46,579 nt of DNA. Source: Ghiorsea sp. (GTDB lineage Bacteria > Pseudomonadota > Zetaproteobacteria > Mariprofundales > Mariprofundaceae). The DNA is taken from NCBI GenBank assembly GCA_027055255.1, contig JALUNK010000225.1, positions 1 to 46,579 of the forward strand, given 5' to 3'. Under the pieces are notes generated by a model. The model was not told where the DNA came from, made no database searches, and worked only from the letters and a program-made list of their open reading frames with translations. Position numbers and translations under genes: made by a program. Shown here in pieces: positions 17,852 to 26,686 of the stretch (within the stretch, counting starts at the first letter, position 1; each line of letters starts with the position of its first letter).

Positions 17852-17893
17852 AAAAAGAAAAAAGTGCCACCTAAAAAAATCAGGCAGCACTTT
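17852..17893 (-). terminator. Stem-loop/terminator between pstS and pstC
   Basis: Minus strand aaagtgctgcct...aggtggcacttt followed by a T-rich run. Confidence 0.7.
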
Positions 17894-17910
17894 ACGAGGA
17901 GTGTGTAAAT

Positions 17911-18972
17911 TTAGTGTTTTAAATCTTCAACAGTTAGTTTTGTATGTTGTTGAATATGTTCTCTAGCCATTTCACGACGAGCTTCTGGCAATGGAATCAA
18001 ACCAATATCAGCTAGGTTTCCATCTTCACCAACCATGTCTTCACTCGTAAAAAGATCAGCGTATGCTTGCATACCTTTCACTTTCTTTAAATGATCGTTT
18101 TTGATGTAAAATTGCAAAGAACGTGATACTGGATACTTACCAGAAGAAATAGCCTCAGGTTCAGGTTCAACGCCTTCAATAGTTGCTGCTGATACGCGGT
18201 CAGAATTTTCTTCTAAGAAAGAATAACCAAAGATACCAAAAGCATTTTTGTCTTTGATAAGTTTTTGCACAATCAAATTGTCATTTTCACCTGATGGCAC
18301 ATAGATTCCGTCAGTACGAACAGTTTTGTATTTTTTATACTTTTTGTTTTTCTTTTTGTCTGCTTTATACAGCTTGGTATAAACATCCATATGTTTGGTT
18401 AAGTGCTTCATCACCAAATCTTGAAATGCATCACGTGTTCCCGAAGATGTTGGTGGACCATAGAAGATAATAGGGCGATGCGGTAGTGATGCATCAACTT
18501 CATTCCAATAGTGATAAGGGTTAGCAATCAAGTGAGAACCATCTTTGCTTGGCACTTCAGCAGCAACAGCGAGCATGATTTGTTTACGGGTAAGGTTAAT
18601 GGCTTTGTTTGCTTTGGATTGAGCAATCGCAATACCATCAAAACCAATGACAACTTCTGTGATATCGTGAACGCCGTTTTTAGCGCATAATTCGAATTCT
18701 TTTGGCTTCATACGACGAGATGCATTGGTGATGTCAGGCGTGTCCATACCGTCGCCAGCACAAAATAGTTTCATGCCACCGCCAGAACCTGTTGATTCAA
18801 TCACAGGGGTTTTAAAGCGTGTAGTTTGACCAAGTTCTTCTGCAACATATGATGCAAAAGGATAGACTGTAGATGAGCCTACAATATGGACATTATCGCC
18901 TGCCAATGCTACCGAGCTGGCTGAAAAGGCAATGGAAGCAAAAGCTGCGATTGCAATCAGTTTGTTTTTCAT
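17911..18972 (-). CDS. pstS: Phosphate ABC transporter substrate-binding protein
   Basis: Signal peptide, VGSSTVYPF, STGSGGG, DITNASR, SGTRDAF, YPVSRSL. Confidence 0.95.
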   Translation of the reverse strand: MKNKLIAIAAFASIAFSASSVALAGDNVHIVGSSTVYPFASYVAEELGQTTRFKTPVIESTGSGGGMKLFCAGDGMDTPDITNASRRMKPKEFELCAKNGVHDITEVVIGFDGIAIAQSKANKAINLTRKQIMLAVAAEVPSKDGSHLIANPYHYWNEVDASLPHRPIIFYGPPTSSGTRDAFQDLVMKHLTKHMDVYTKLYKADKKKNKKYKKYKTVRTDGIYVPSGENDNLIVQKLIKDKNAFGIFGYSFLEENSDRVSAATIEGVEPEPEAISSGKYPVSRSLQFYIKNDHLKKVKGMQAYADLFTSEDMVGEDGNLADIGLIPLPEARREMAREHIQQHTKLTVEDLKH

Positions 18973-19019
18973 GTGTGAACTCCTGTGTTCAATAGTTTTG
19001 CGAAACCTCTCAAATCAAT

Positions 19020-19036
19020 GTGACATGAATATGACA
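19020..19036 (-). promoter_or_regulatory. Pho box upstream of pstS
   Basis: Minus strand TGTCAT-attca-TGTCAC, an 11-bp-periodic direct repeat matching the PhoB consensus. Confidence 0.8.
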
Positions 19037-19052
19037 AGAGGCATGGTTCTCT

Positions 19053-19084
19053 AAAAAAAAACCGCCAGCTTTTTAGCTGACGGC
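19053..19084 (-). terminator. Intrinsic terminator after the porin gene
   Basis: Minus strand gccgtcagct-aaaa-agctggcggt followed by a T-run. Confidence 0.8.
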
Positions 19085-19117
19085 TTTAAGGATATTTAAA
19101 CGATGAAGAAGTTTAAA

Positions 19118-20110
19118 TTAGAATTTAAATTGTGTGAACAAACCCGTAGTTGATTTTTCTTTTGTTGTTGTGCTGCCACCAACTGCTGTGGTTTTATCAA
19201 ATACTAAAGATAGGGTAACACCCTTTGCTGCATGATAATCCAAGGACACAACATTACGTTTCTCTTTGGCTGAGCCTGAGATATCATAATCAGTGGTTTC
19301 ATTACGGAAATAACCACCGAAGTCACCAGAACGAACCCAAGCCCAAAGCTCAGTACCTTTAATTGTTTTTGAAGTGTTCAAAAGTTCATCGTCTACTTTA
19401 TTGCTGATTGCATTAAAACCAACACGATAAGATAAGTCACCTTTTTGACCATACGTGACCAAAAGTTGAGTCAGTGTATTCTTGTCTTCAGTTACAGTTG
19501 CAACATATTTACCCAGATAACCAGAACGATAGCCCAAATCAACAGTTAAGCCGTCAATAGGTTTAACACCAAAACGTGCTTCAATATCAGTTTTTTCAGT
19601 TGTTTTTGTATTACCATAACCACCGCCGTTAATGGATACAATGTCATATGAGAACATATCAACGTTACCAAACACACCAACACCTGCATCTGCAGATGAG
19701 GCCATTTTATGTGTATCTACAAAGCTCTTAGCAATAAAACGATGCTTGTTTAGTTTATCTTGATAACCAATCCAAGGTGTACCAATCATACCAAGTTTCA
19801 CAGCAACAGTATCAGAGAATTTACCCGTTAACTGCGCTTTTTTAAGGAACACATTATTATTTTTCTTAATGGTTCCATCGTATGCTGAATCAATAGTGAC
19901 ATTTGCAGACCAAACATTATCAATTTTCTTTTTAAAAGTAAGGTATGTACGACCAACATTTGCACCTGTTTCATCAGGAGTACCTGTGGCGGTATGTGTA
20001 GCGTAGTCAAAGAATACTTTGCCGCTTACTTTGATGTCATCTGCATGTGCTGCTGTAGCAGTTAAAGCAGTTGCAAGCGCAAGTGCTGTTAATGATACTT
20101 GTTTTTTCAT
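19118..20110 (-). CDS. Outer-membrane beta-barrel porin, probably phosphate-starvation induced
   Basis: Signal peptide MKKQVSLTALALATALTATAAHA, amphipathic beta strands, C-terminal GLFTQFKF beta-signal, upstream Pho box, adjacent to pstS. Confidence 0.8.
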   Translation of the reverse strand: MKKQVSLTALALATALTATAAHADDIKVSGKVFFDYATHTATGTPDETGANVGRTYLTFKKKIDNVWSANVTIDSAYDGTIKKNNNVFLKKAQLTGKFSDTVAVKLGMIGTPWIGYQDKLNKHRFIAKSFVDTHKMASSADAGVGVFGNVDMFSYDIVSINGGGYGNTKTTEKTDIEARFGVKPIDGLTVDLGYRSGYLGKYVATVTEDKNTLTQLLVTYGQKGDLSYRVGFNAISNKVDDELLNTSKTIKGTELWAWVRSGDFGGYFRNETTDYDISGSAKEKRNVVSLDYHAAKGVTLSLVFDKTTAVGGSTTTKEKSTTGLFTQFKF

Positions 20111-20187
20111 TTTATTGTCCCTTTTTATATATTTATCAGCGAAGCTCACTGAAATGTTTTCTCTTGTGGCAGATTGTAAATAAATTT

Positions 20188-20204
20188 GTGACACCTTTAT
20201 GACA
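20188..20204 (-). promoter_or_regulatory. Pho box oriented toward the porin gene
   Basis: Minus strand TGTCAT-aaagg-TGTCAC, 11-bp period. Confidence 0.8.
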
Positions 20205-20214
20205 TAGTTTGTGA

Positions 20215-20231
20215 TGTCATCAAAGTGTCAT
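20215..20231 (+). promoter_or_regulatory. Pho box oriented toward the cNMP-phoB-phoR operon
   Basis: Plus strand TGTCAT-caaag-TGTCAT, 11-bp period. Confidence 0.78.
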
Positions 20232-20283
20232 GAATATATTTAAGTTACCCTCATCTTATAAAAAAGAAGAAGAGGAAAATAAA

Positions 20284-20808
20284 ATGAATATAAACATAAT
20301 AGAAGCAACAAGAACATCTGTGGAAACATCCTTGATGGCTAGCAATAAAGATTTTTTAGATTTTTATGAACTACCGTTTGTTCAAGACATGGACAAAGAA
20401 CATGCAGTAACCTTATTCGGTTGTATGAAGCTTGTAAGCTTTGCGCAAGGTGAAGTGATTTATCGAGCAGGTGAAGCGTCAGTTGGTAAAATGCATATCA
20501 TGCTTGAAGGTAAGGTGATTGTAACAAGTGAGAGTGGCTATAAGTATAGCAGCCTGCGCCAAGGCGGTGTATTTGGTCTGTTTTCATTTTTGGATGATAA
20601 GCGCACGCATTCGGCCACATTAACGGTAGAAAGAGATGTGAGGGTGCTTGTTTTAGAGCGTAGTTTGTTTGATTTAATGGCGTTGGAAGAGCCTAAGCTT
20701 GCTAACCAGTGGCTTCGCTTTATGTTTAGCTTGTTAAGTAAAAAGGCATTAGAAATGGAAATTGAATATGCTAATATTCATAATTTCGCATTTGGAGGTA
20801 AAGTGTAG
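20284..20808 (+). CDS. Stand-alone cyclic nucleotide-binding fold protein without HTH
   Basis: FAQGEVIYRAGE..MHIMLEGKV..LRQGGVFGLFSFLD..HSATL. ATG 20284 follows GAGG; the track start at 20230 overlaps the Pho box. Confidence 0.8.
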   Translation: MNINIIEATRTSVETSLMASNKDFLDFYELPFVQDMDKEHAVTLFGCMKLVSFAQGEVIYRAGEASVGKMHIMLEGKVIVTSESGYKYSSLRQGGVFGLFSFLDDKRTHSATLTVERDVRVLVLERSLFDLMALEEPKLANQWLRFMFSLLSKKALEMEIEYANIHNFAFGGKV

Positions 20809-21504
20809 ATGCAGCTATCCCCTAAACATATCCTTATTGTTGAAGATGATGCTGCTATTGCACGGTTGATAGAAATTCATTTACAGCGTGCAGACTATAA
20901 CACCACGGTGACAGGAGATGGTCTAGATGCGCAAAAGCTTTTAGGAGAATACGACTATGACCTTTTGATTCTGGATAGGATGATTCCGGGGAAACGTGGT
21001 TTGGATGTGTTGCGGTGGCTTCGTGAGCAAGAGAAAACGGTGGTGCTTCCCGTGTTGATGGTGACGGCCTTAAGCATGACAGATGAACGTATTCGTGGGC
21101 TCAATGAAGGTGCTGATGACTACTTGGGAAAACCTTTCGAACCTGATGAATTGGTTGCAAGGGTTTCTGCGCTGTTGCGTCGCTCTAAAAGCATTAAAAC
21201 AGAAACCTTTGATGATTCAGCTTTGCAGATGAATGAAGAAGCTATGGAGTTGAAGATTGATGGTGAAGTTCTCAACCTTAGGCCGTTAGAGTTTAAATTA
21301 TTACAGACGATGATGGCAAAACCAGGGCGTGTTTTTGCACGGGAAAAGCTGTTGGATATCGTATGGGGTATGGATTCATTCGTGGAAGACAGAACTGTGG
21401 ATGCAACGATTAAACGCTTGCGTAAGGAGCTTTCAGCATTTGGGCACGGTGACTTCATTCAAACGGTGCGTGGTGTGGGTTATCGCTATCAGAATAAATC
21501 ATGA
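20809..21504 (+). CDS. phoB: Phosphate regulon response regulator (OmpR family)
   Basis: ILIVEDD, LILDRMIPG, GADDYLGKPF, RTVDATIKRLRK, IQTVRGVGY; pst cluster context. Confidence 0.88.
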   Translation: MQLSPKHILIVEDDAAIARLIEIHLQRADYNTTVTGDGLDAQKLLGEYDYDLLILDRMIPGKRGLDVLRWLREQEKTVVLPVLMVTALSMTDERIRGLNEGADDYLGKPFEPDELVARVSALLRRSKSIKTETFDDSALQMNEEAMELKIDGEVLNLRPLEFKLLQTMMAKPGRVFAREKLLDIVWGMDSFVEDRTVDATIKRLRKELSAFGHGDFIQTVRGVGYRYQNKS

Positions 21505-22664
21505 GCCAAATATACTATATTACCCTTACGGCTGTTCTACTTTTTCTCCTGTATGGGGTGTTGCGAAAAAGCAGAGTTAACATACGTTATAAACAAAAAG
21601 AATATCAAATATTACATCATAAGTATGAAGCACTACAAAAAACATTGGTTAAGCGTGGCCAACGCTTAGATACACTTCTTCTTGCTGTATCTGAGGCAGT
21701 GTTACGTGTGGATAAATTAGGGCGTGTGGTTGGTGGTAATGCTCAGGCTGCAAACTTATTTCAATTTGATAAAGTACCCAAACTTCCTCAATCCATGTTA
21801 CTTTTTTATCGTGACGTTGAATGGATTAATATTTATCAGCAAGCTATTCAAGATTTACCTCAACAAACTTCTTTACCTGATATGCAGCTACAGGGGCGTG
21901 TTTTTTTGCCAAGGTTGGCTGCGATTGATGATGATGAAGCGTTGCTTCTCTGTTTGGATGTTACTGCTTATACACATCTGCAACAGAAACAGCAGTCCTT
22001 ATTGGAAAACTTAATGCATGATTTAAAGACACCACTGACATCCTTGCTCGGTTATGCACGCAGTATTGAAGCCTTTGCTGATGATAAAGCATTAAGGCAT
22101 GAGGCAGCCACAGTGATCGCGCAAGAAGCCAAACATATCAATGATTTGATGAATAGTATGTTGGCGTTAAATCAGATCGATTTAGGAACACAACAAGGAG
22201 CAGAGTGTGATTTAAGTGTGGTCTTGGTTCGTATCAAGCAAACCTTAGACTTTGAAATGAAGAAAAAGAATGTTGTGTTTAATATTAACGGTGTACCTAA
22301 GCCTGCTTTTGTAAAGTTATCTGAAACGGATTGTTATCGTGTCTTGATGAATGTTGCAGATAATGCGCTGAAGTTTTCACCTGAAGGTTCAGTCATTGAT
22401 TGTGAGGTTGAGGAAAGGAACGATAGCTTTGCAATATCTATAACAGACCAAGGGAATGGTGTTCCTGAAAAATATATGAATCGTGTTACAGAGCGTTTTT
22501 ATCGGGTAGATAAGGTTAGAGGCAGAGATAAAGCAGAAGGGCATGGTTTAGGTCTTGCGATTGTCAAAGAAATTTTAGATCGTGATGGCGGTAGCTTATC
22601 CATATCAAATGTTGAGCAATCAGGGCTTAGAGTGTCGCTGACATTGCCAAAAGTTGTGTTCTGA
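21501..22664 (+). CDS. phoR: Phosphate regulon sensor histidine kinase
   Basis: N-terminal TM, PAS-like region, [40 protein letters not shown] overlap with phoB. Confidence 0.88.
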   Translation: MSQIYYITLTAVLLFLLYGVLRKSRVNIRYKQKEYQILHHKYEALQKTLVKRGQRLDTLLLAVSEAVLRVDKLGRVVGGNAQAANLFQFDKVPKLPQSMLLFYRDVEWINIYQQAIQDLPQQTSLPDMQLQGRVFLPRLAAIDDDEALLLCLDVTAYTHLQQKQQSLLENLMHDLKTPLTSLLGYARSIEAFADDKALRHEAATVIAQEAKHINDLMNSMLALNQIDLGTQQGAECDLSVVLVRIKQTLDFEMKKKNVVFNINGVPKPAFVKLSETDCYRVLMNVADNALKFSPEGSVIDCEVEERNDSFAISITDQGNGVPEKYMNRVTERFYRVDKVRGRDKAEGHGLGLAIVKEILDRDGGSLSISNVEQSGLRVSLTLPKVVF

Positions 22665-22674
22665 AATTAAAAAA

Positions 22675-22751
22675 TGGTCGGGACGGCAAGATTTGAACTT
22701 GCGACCACCACACCCCCAGTGTGGTGCGCTACCAGGCTGCGCTACGCCCCG
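22675..22751 (-). tRNA. tRNA-Pro (GGG)
   Basis: Minus strand cggggcgtagcgcagcctggtagcgca-ccaca-ctggggg-tgtgg-tggtcgcaagttcaaatcttgccgtcccgacca: 77 nt with encoded CCA, in the conserved ihfA-merR-tRNA-Pro order. Confidence 0.96.
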
Positions 22752-22759
22752 TTTGTATT

Positions 22760-23155
22760 TTAAATATCTAGGAGTTGTTTGATACTTTCAAGTTCTTCAC
22801 GAATTGTATAAAGGTTGACGGTTGTGTTGTTATGCTTTGCATCCACAATTTCAGCAAGATCACCATTGGCAATTCGTTTTTTTGCACCACGAATCGTAAA
22901 GTTTAAATCATAAAGTAGATGTTTGATTTGTAGGGCAGTATAGACATCCCTATGTCTGTAAAAGCGGCGATTACCACTTTTTTTCACTGGTTTAAGCTGT
23001 TTGAATTCTGTTTCCCAATAGCGAAGGACATGGGGTTCGATATTACAAATGTCACTCACTTCACGGATGGAAAAGAACAGTTTATCGGGTAGGACAGGAA
23101 CCTGAACACCAGCAGTTTGCAAAATTTTAAGTTGGGTGTTGCTTTGGGCGCTCAT
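22760..23155 (-). CDS. MerR family transcriptional regulator
   Basis: [36 protein letters not shown]. Confidence 0.92.
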   Translation of the reverse strand: MSAQSNTQLKILQTAGVQVPVLPDKLFFSIREVSDICNIEPHVLRYWETEFKQLKPVKKSGNRRFYRHRDVYTALQIKHLLYDLNFTIRGAKKRIANGDLAEIVDAKHNNTTVNLYTIREELESIKQLLDI

Positions 23156-23170
23156 GAATAATTATTTGTC

Positions 23171-23449
23171 TCAGTCTTCTTGAAGCTGGTCTTTAACAAG
23201 TTGGCTAGCGCGAAATGTGACAACTTTTCTTGAATCAATCGTGATACTTTCACCTGTTTTAGGGTTGCGGCCACGGCGTGCATTTTTTGAACGAACGATA
23301 AAATGACCAAAGCCCGATATTTTCACATCTTCACCTTGGGCAAGCACATCTTTAATTTCTTTGAGAACAATTTCAACGATTTCGGCAGACTCTTTCTTGG
23401 AAAGTCCGACACGGTCACAAATGATAGTTGCGATTTCAGCTTTAGTCAT
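23171..23449 (-). CDS. ihfA: Integration host factor alpha subunit
   Basis: MTKAEI..VKISGFGHF..RRGRNPKTGE..VVTFRAS, upstream of merR. Confidence 0.93.
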   Translation of the reverse strand: MTKAEIATIICDRVGLSKKESAEIVEIVLKEIKDVLAQGEDVKISGFGHFIVRSKNARRGRNPKTGESITIDSRKVVTFRASQLVKDQLQED

Positions 23450-23485
23450 AACTCCCTCAAAAGAATTACTGATTAAACTAGCTTT

Positions 23486-23501
23486 TAGGTGACGTCACCT
23501 A
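23486..23501. promoter_or_regulatory. Perfect 16-bp palindrome TAGGTGACGTCACCTA upstream of ihfA
   Basis: Palindrome seen directly. A regulatory role is inferred from its position between a candidate promoter and ihfA. Confidence 0.5.
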
Positions 23502-23516
23502 GAAACAGTATTAGCA

Positions 23517-23544
23517 AACATAATAGAAGTTGTTGTTTTGTCAA
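23517..23544 (-). promoter_or_regulatory. Candidate sigma70 promoter for ihfA
   Basis: TTGACA (23544-23539), 16-nt spacer, TATGTT (23522-23517). Confidence 0.45.
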
Positions 23545-23550
23545 GGGTTT

Positions 23551-24225
23551 TTAAAAAGTAAGCTGTGATAAAGTATTCTTCTTTAATGCATAAACTTTAT
23601 CACATGCCTTAGCAAAGGATTGGCTATGGGTTACCATAAGAACGGCAACATTTTGAGACTTACATAGTTCGCGCATCATCGAAAAGACAGTCATAGCTGT
23701 TGTTTCATCAAGGTTTCCAGTGGGTTCATCGGCTAAGACAAGCTTGGGTTTTGTAATCACAGCACGCGCAACAGCAACACGTTGCGCTTCACCGCCAGAT
23801 AGGTGTGCGGGTGTATGCTGAGCGCGATCAAACAACCCCAGCTGTTTTAGCAACTGCTCTGCGTGTTGCCCTGCATAATGCTTGTTTTTTCCTTGAATGA
23901 GTAAAGGCAACATAACATTTTCAAGCGCAGTTAATTCGGGGATGAGGTGATGTGATTGGTAAATAAAACCAATGTGCTGACTACGGAGTTTCGCTAAATC
24001 CTTTTCATGGAGGTTTTGAATTTCTATTTGGTCTAGTAATATTTTACCAGAATCAGCCTTGTCCAAAGTACCTAAAATTTGTAATAGTGTGCTTTTTCCA
24101 GAACCTGATTCTCCAATGATTGCAATAAAATCACCTTTGGAGACCTCAAGGTTTACATCTTTAAGAACTTCTAATTCACCTTGAGGTGAAGGAAATGATT
24201 TGCACAACTTGTGAACAGAAAACAC
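23551..24225 (-). CDS. lolD: Lipoprotein-releasing ABC transporter ATPase
   Basis: [41 protein letters not shown]. Confidence 0.88.
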   Translation of the reverse strand: MFSVHKLCKSFPSPQGELEVLKDVNLEVSKGDFIAIIGESGSGKSTLLQILGTLDKADSGKILLDQIEIQNLHEKDLAKLRSQHIGFIYQSHHLIPELTALENVMLPLLIQGKNKHYAGQHAEQLLKQLGLFDRAQHTPAHLSGGEAQRVAVARAVITKPKLVLADEPTGNLDETTAMTVFSMMRELCKSQNVAVLMVTHSQSFAKACDKVYALKKNTLSQLTF

Positions 24226-24229
24226 GTAT

Positions 24230-25423
24230 TTATTCTTTGAGTTTTTGAATGGTATTTTTTACACGTTGTTTTAAATATGCCTCAACAATTTTCTTAACTG
24301 TCGGATATTGTTTGGCTATAGACTGAAATTTTTCACTCGTGAGTGTCATCAATTCAACAGGACCTTGCGCTATTACAGTTGCTGTTCTGGGCATTTTTGT
24401 AAGCATGGAAACTTCGCCAAAAAATGAACCTTCGCCCAAAAGACCAAGTTCAATTATTTTCGATGTATCTTTTTTGTTTAAGGTGGAAACTTTGACGCGA
24501 CCAGAGCGAATGAGCATAAATGTGTTGTCTACATCACCCTCTTTGATAATAACATCACCATCCTTAAAGAAGGAGAAGCTAAATTGTTGGGCCAAAGGAA
24601 TACGGGCTTCAGTAGGTATATTTTCAAAAATAGGTGTGATTGCCAGAATGCGCGCCAATACACGTTTACGATAAAAATCTTCAATGGTTTCAGTCATTGA
24701 AGGATATTTTTTTACCCATTCATCAAATGTTTTTCGGTTCAATAATAAAAGGTTACCGTCAGTTTCAGCAATGGCAGATTCATTGTGGTTTTTATTGTCC
24801 ATAAATGCCATGGCACCAAAAAAATCACCTTCGTGAAGCGTTGAAAAAATATGTGTTTTTCCGCGGGTGTCTTTTGTTTTTAGATGAATCGAACCCATGC
24901 CAATGATGTGTAAGTTATCACCTTTGTCACCTTGCTGGTAAATGGTATCCCCAAGTGAGAATTCTTTAAGCACCAGTGAGTCAATAAAATCATCTAGCTC
25001 TTGCCCTGAAAGCCCTGATAATAGAGGGGTTCGCTCTAACCCTTTATTACTTTTAGTGTTGATTTGAGCAATATCTGTAGAAATAACCGTGCTTAGTGCC
25101 CAGTCTTCCCCACGTTCTTCAGACAAATTGCGTAGCTTTTCTTTGATGGATGTTTGTTCTGGATCTAGGCGGAGAATAAGCTTATTAATGGCAATGGCTT
25201 GAACAATAAAGCCTTCATCTGCATACTGTTTAGCAATCTTGGTATAGTCTTGTACAGCAGCCTTAAGGTCACCTGTTTTTTCTTTCATTTCAGCGAGTTT
25301 AGTAAACGAACGTAGATCAGAAGAATCTTCTTTATGTATCTCAGCGTATAATTTTAGAGCCACGTCATATTTGCCAGCTAGAATTGCTTTTCTAGCTTTT
25401 GTTTTTAGAGCATCTAAAGACAT
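24230..25423 (-). CDS. TPR-like plus tandem cyclic nucleotide-binding domain protein
   Basis: Helical TPR-like N-terminus, CNB-A EGDFFGAMAF, canonical CNB-B EGSFFGEVSMLTKMPRTATV. Confidence 0.85.
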   Translation of the reverse strand: MSLDALKTKARKAILAGKYDVALKLYAEIHKEDSSDLRSFTKLAEMKEKTGDLKAAVQDYTKIAKQYADEGFIVQAIAINKLILRLDPEQTSIKEKLRNLSEERGEDWALSTVISTDIAQINTKSNKGLERTPLLSGLSGQELDDFIDSLVLKEFSLGDTIYQQGDKGDNLHIIGMGSIHLKTKDTRGKTHIFSTLHEGDFFGAMAFMDNKNHNESAIAETDGNLLLLNRKTFDEWVKKYPSMTETIEDFYRKRVLARILAITPIFENIPTEARIPLAQQFSFSFFKDGDVIIKEGDVDNTFMLIRSGRVKVSTLNKKDTSKIIELGLLGEGSFFGEVSMLTKMPRTATVIAQGPVELMTLTSEKFQSIAKQYPTVKKIVEAYLKQRVKNTIQKLKE

Positions 25424-25434
25424 GAACTAACTCC

Positions 25435-26682
25435 TTATTCATAACGCAAAGCTTCCGCAGGTGGTACTTTAGCAGCTCGCCAAGCAGGGTAAAGTGTTGC
25501 CAGTATACCCATCAGTAAACTCATGATACCCACAGTAATAATGGATGACACATCCATGATAGCAGGGACATGGTCAATATAATAAACATCACCCGATAAA
25601 AAGGTAGTATGGCTGACTTCTTCTATCCATGCAACAATGACCTCCAATTTTAGGGACAGTAAAACACCTGCCAAAACACCTGTGAGCGTTCCAAGGCTGC
25701 TTAGTGTAATGCCCATCAATAAGAAAATACGAACAATGGAGGCATGTGATGCCCCAATAGTTTTTAAAATTGCTATCTCTTTGCGTTTTTCCATGACGAC
25801 CATGACCAAAGATGAAACCATGTTGAAAATAGCAACAATAACAATTAAGAATAGGATAATACTCATGGCAGTTCGTTCCATTTTAAGGGCTTGGAAGAAG
25901 GATTGATGTCGATGCTGCCAATCCGTAACCCAAGCTGAAGCAGGAAGTATCAGTCGAACTTCTTTAGCAACCTGTGTTGCTAAATCTCTATTTTCAAGGT
26001 GAAGTTCAATACCTGTAACCTCATTTCCCAAGCGGTTAAGCCTTTGTACGGCTCGCATGGATGTAAGGATTAAACCAACATCATACTCATAAAATCCAGA
26101 ATCAAAAATACCTACAACTTTAAATGCACGCATTCTAGGTGATGCACCAATAGGGCTAATACCCGAAGAAGGTGATAATAAACGAATGTTATCACCGACG
26201 CTAGCAGATAACTTATGCGCTAAATCTTTACCAATCACTGCCTCAAAAATATGTTTATTCTGTGTTGGTTGAGTCAAAAATTGCCCTTTGGTAATAAAAT
26301 TGGCAATGGTTGTGTCGTGTTGAATATCAATGCCCTTAAGGATTGCCCCAGTTGATTTATGTCTGTGGTTGGCCAATGTTTGTGTTGATATGTAGGGGAG
26401 TGCTTGTTTGACATGTGGCATTGTTTTGACGACATCTAACCATGTCTGCCACTCTGCAAAGGTGTCACTAGGCCCTTGAATTTCAACATGAGAAGAAAAG
26501 CCCAATATTTTGTCGCGAATTTCTGTCGCAACACCATTCATCACTGACATGACCACAATCAATGTCATGACACCAATCGCCATGCCTACCGCAGAACTCC
26601 AACCGATGAGTGAGGCAAAGCGTTCACCACGCTGCGAACGTAGATAGCGTAGTGCTAATAGAAATTCGAAGCGTTGGAACAA
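25435..26682 (-). CDS. lolE: Lipoprotein-releasing ABC transporter permease (LolC/E)
   Basis: LALRYLR, LIVVMSVMNG, VVGIFDSGFYEYD, EKRKEIAILKTIGA, TLYPAWRAAKVPPAEALRYE. LolC versus LolE cannot be distinguished here. Confidence 0.88.
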   Translation of the reverse strand: MFQRFEFLLALRYLRSQRGERFASLIGWSSAVGMAIGVMTLIVVMSVMNGVATEIRDKILGFSSHVEIQGPSDTFAEWQTWLDVVKTMPHVKQALPYISTQTLANHRHKSTGAILKGIDIQHDTTIANFITKGQFLTQPTQNKHIFEAVIGKDLAHKLSASVGDNIRLLSPSSGISPIGASPRMRAFKVVGIFDSGFYEYDVGLILTSMRAVQRLNRLGNEVTGIELHLENRDLATQVAKEVRLILPASAWVTDWQHRHQSFFQALKMERTAMSIILFLIVIVAIFNMVSSLVMVVMEKRKEIAILKTIGASHASIVRIFLLMGITLSSLGTLTGVLAGVLLSLKLEVIVAWIEEVSHTTFLSGDVYYIDHVPAIMDVSSIITVGIMSLLMGILATLYPAWRAAKVPPAEALRYE

Positions 26683-26686
26683 TGTG

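Noticed and set aside
22675-22751. tRNA-Pro as integration site for the phosphate cluster
   Set aside because: No integrase and no duplicated tRNA 3' end was seen in the window.
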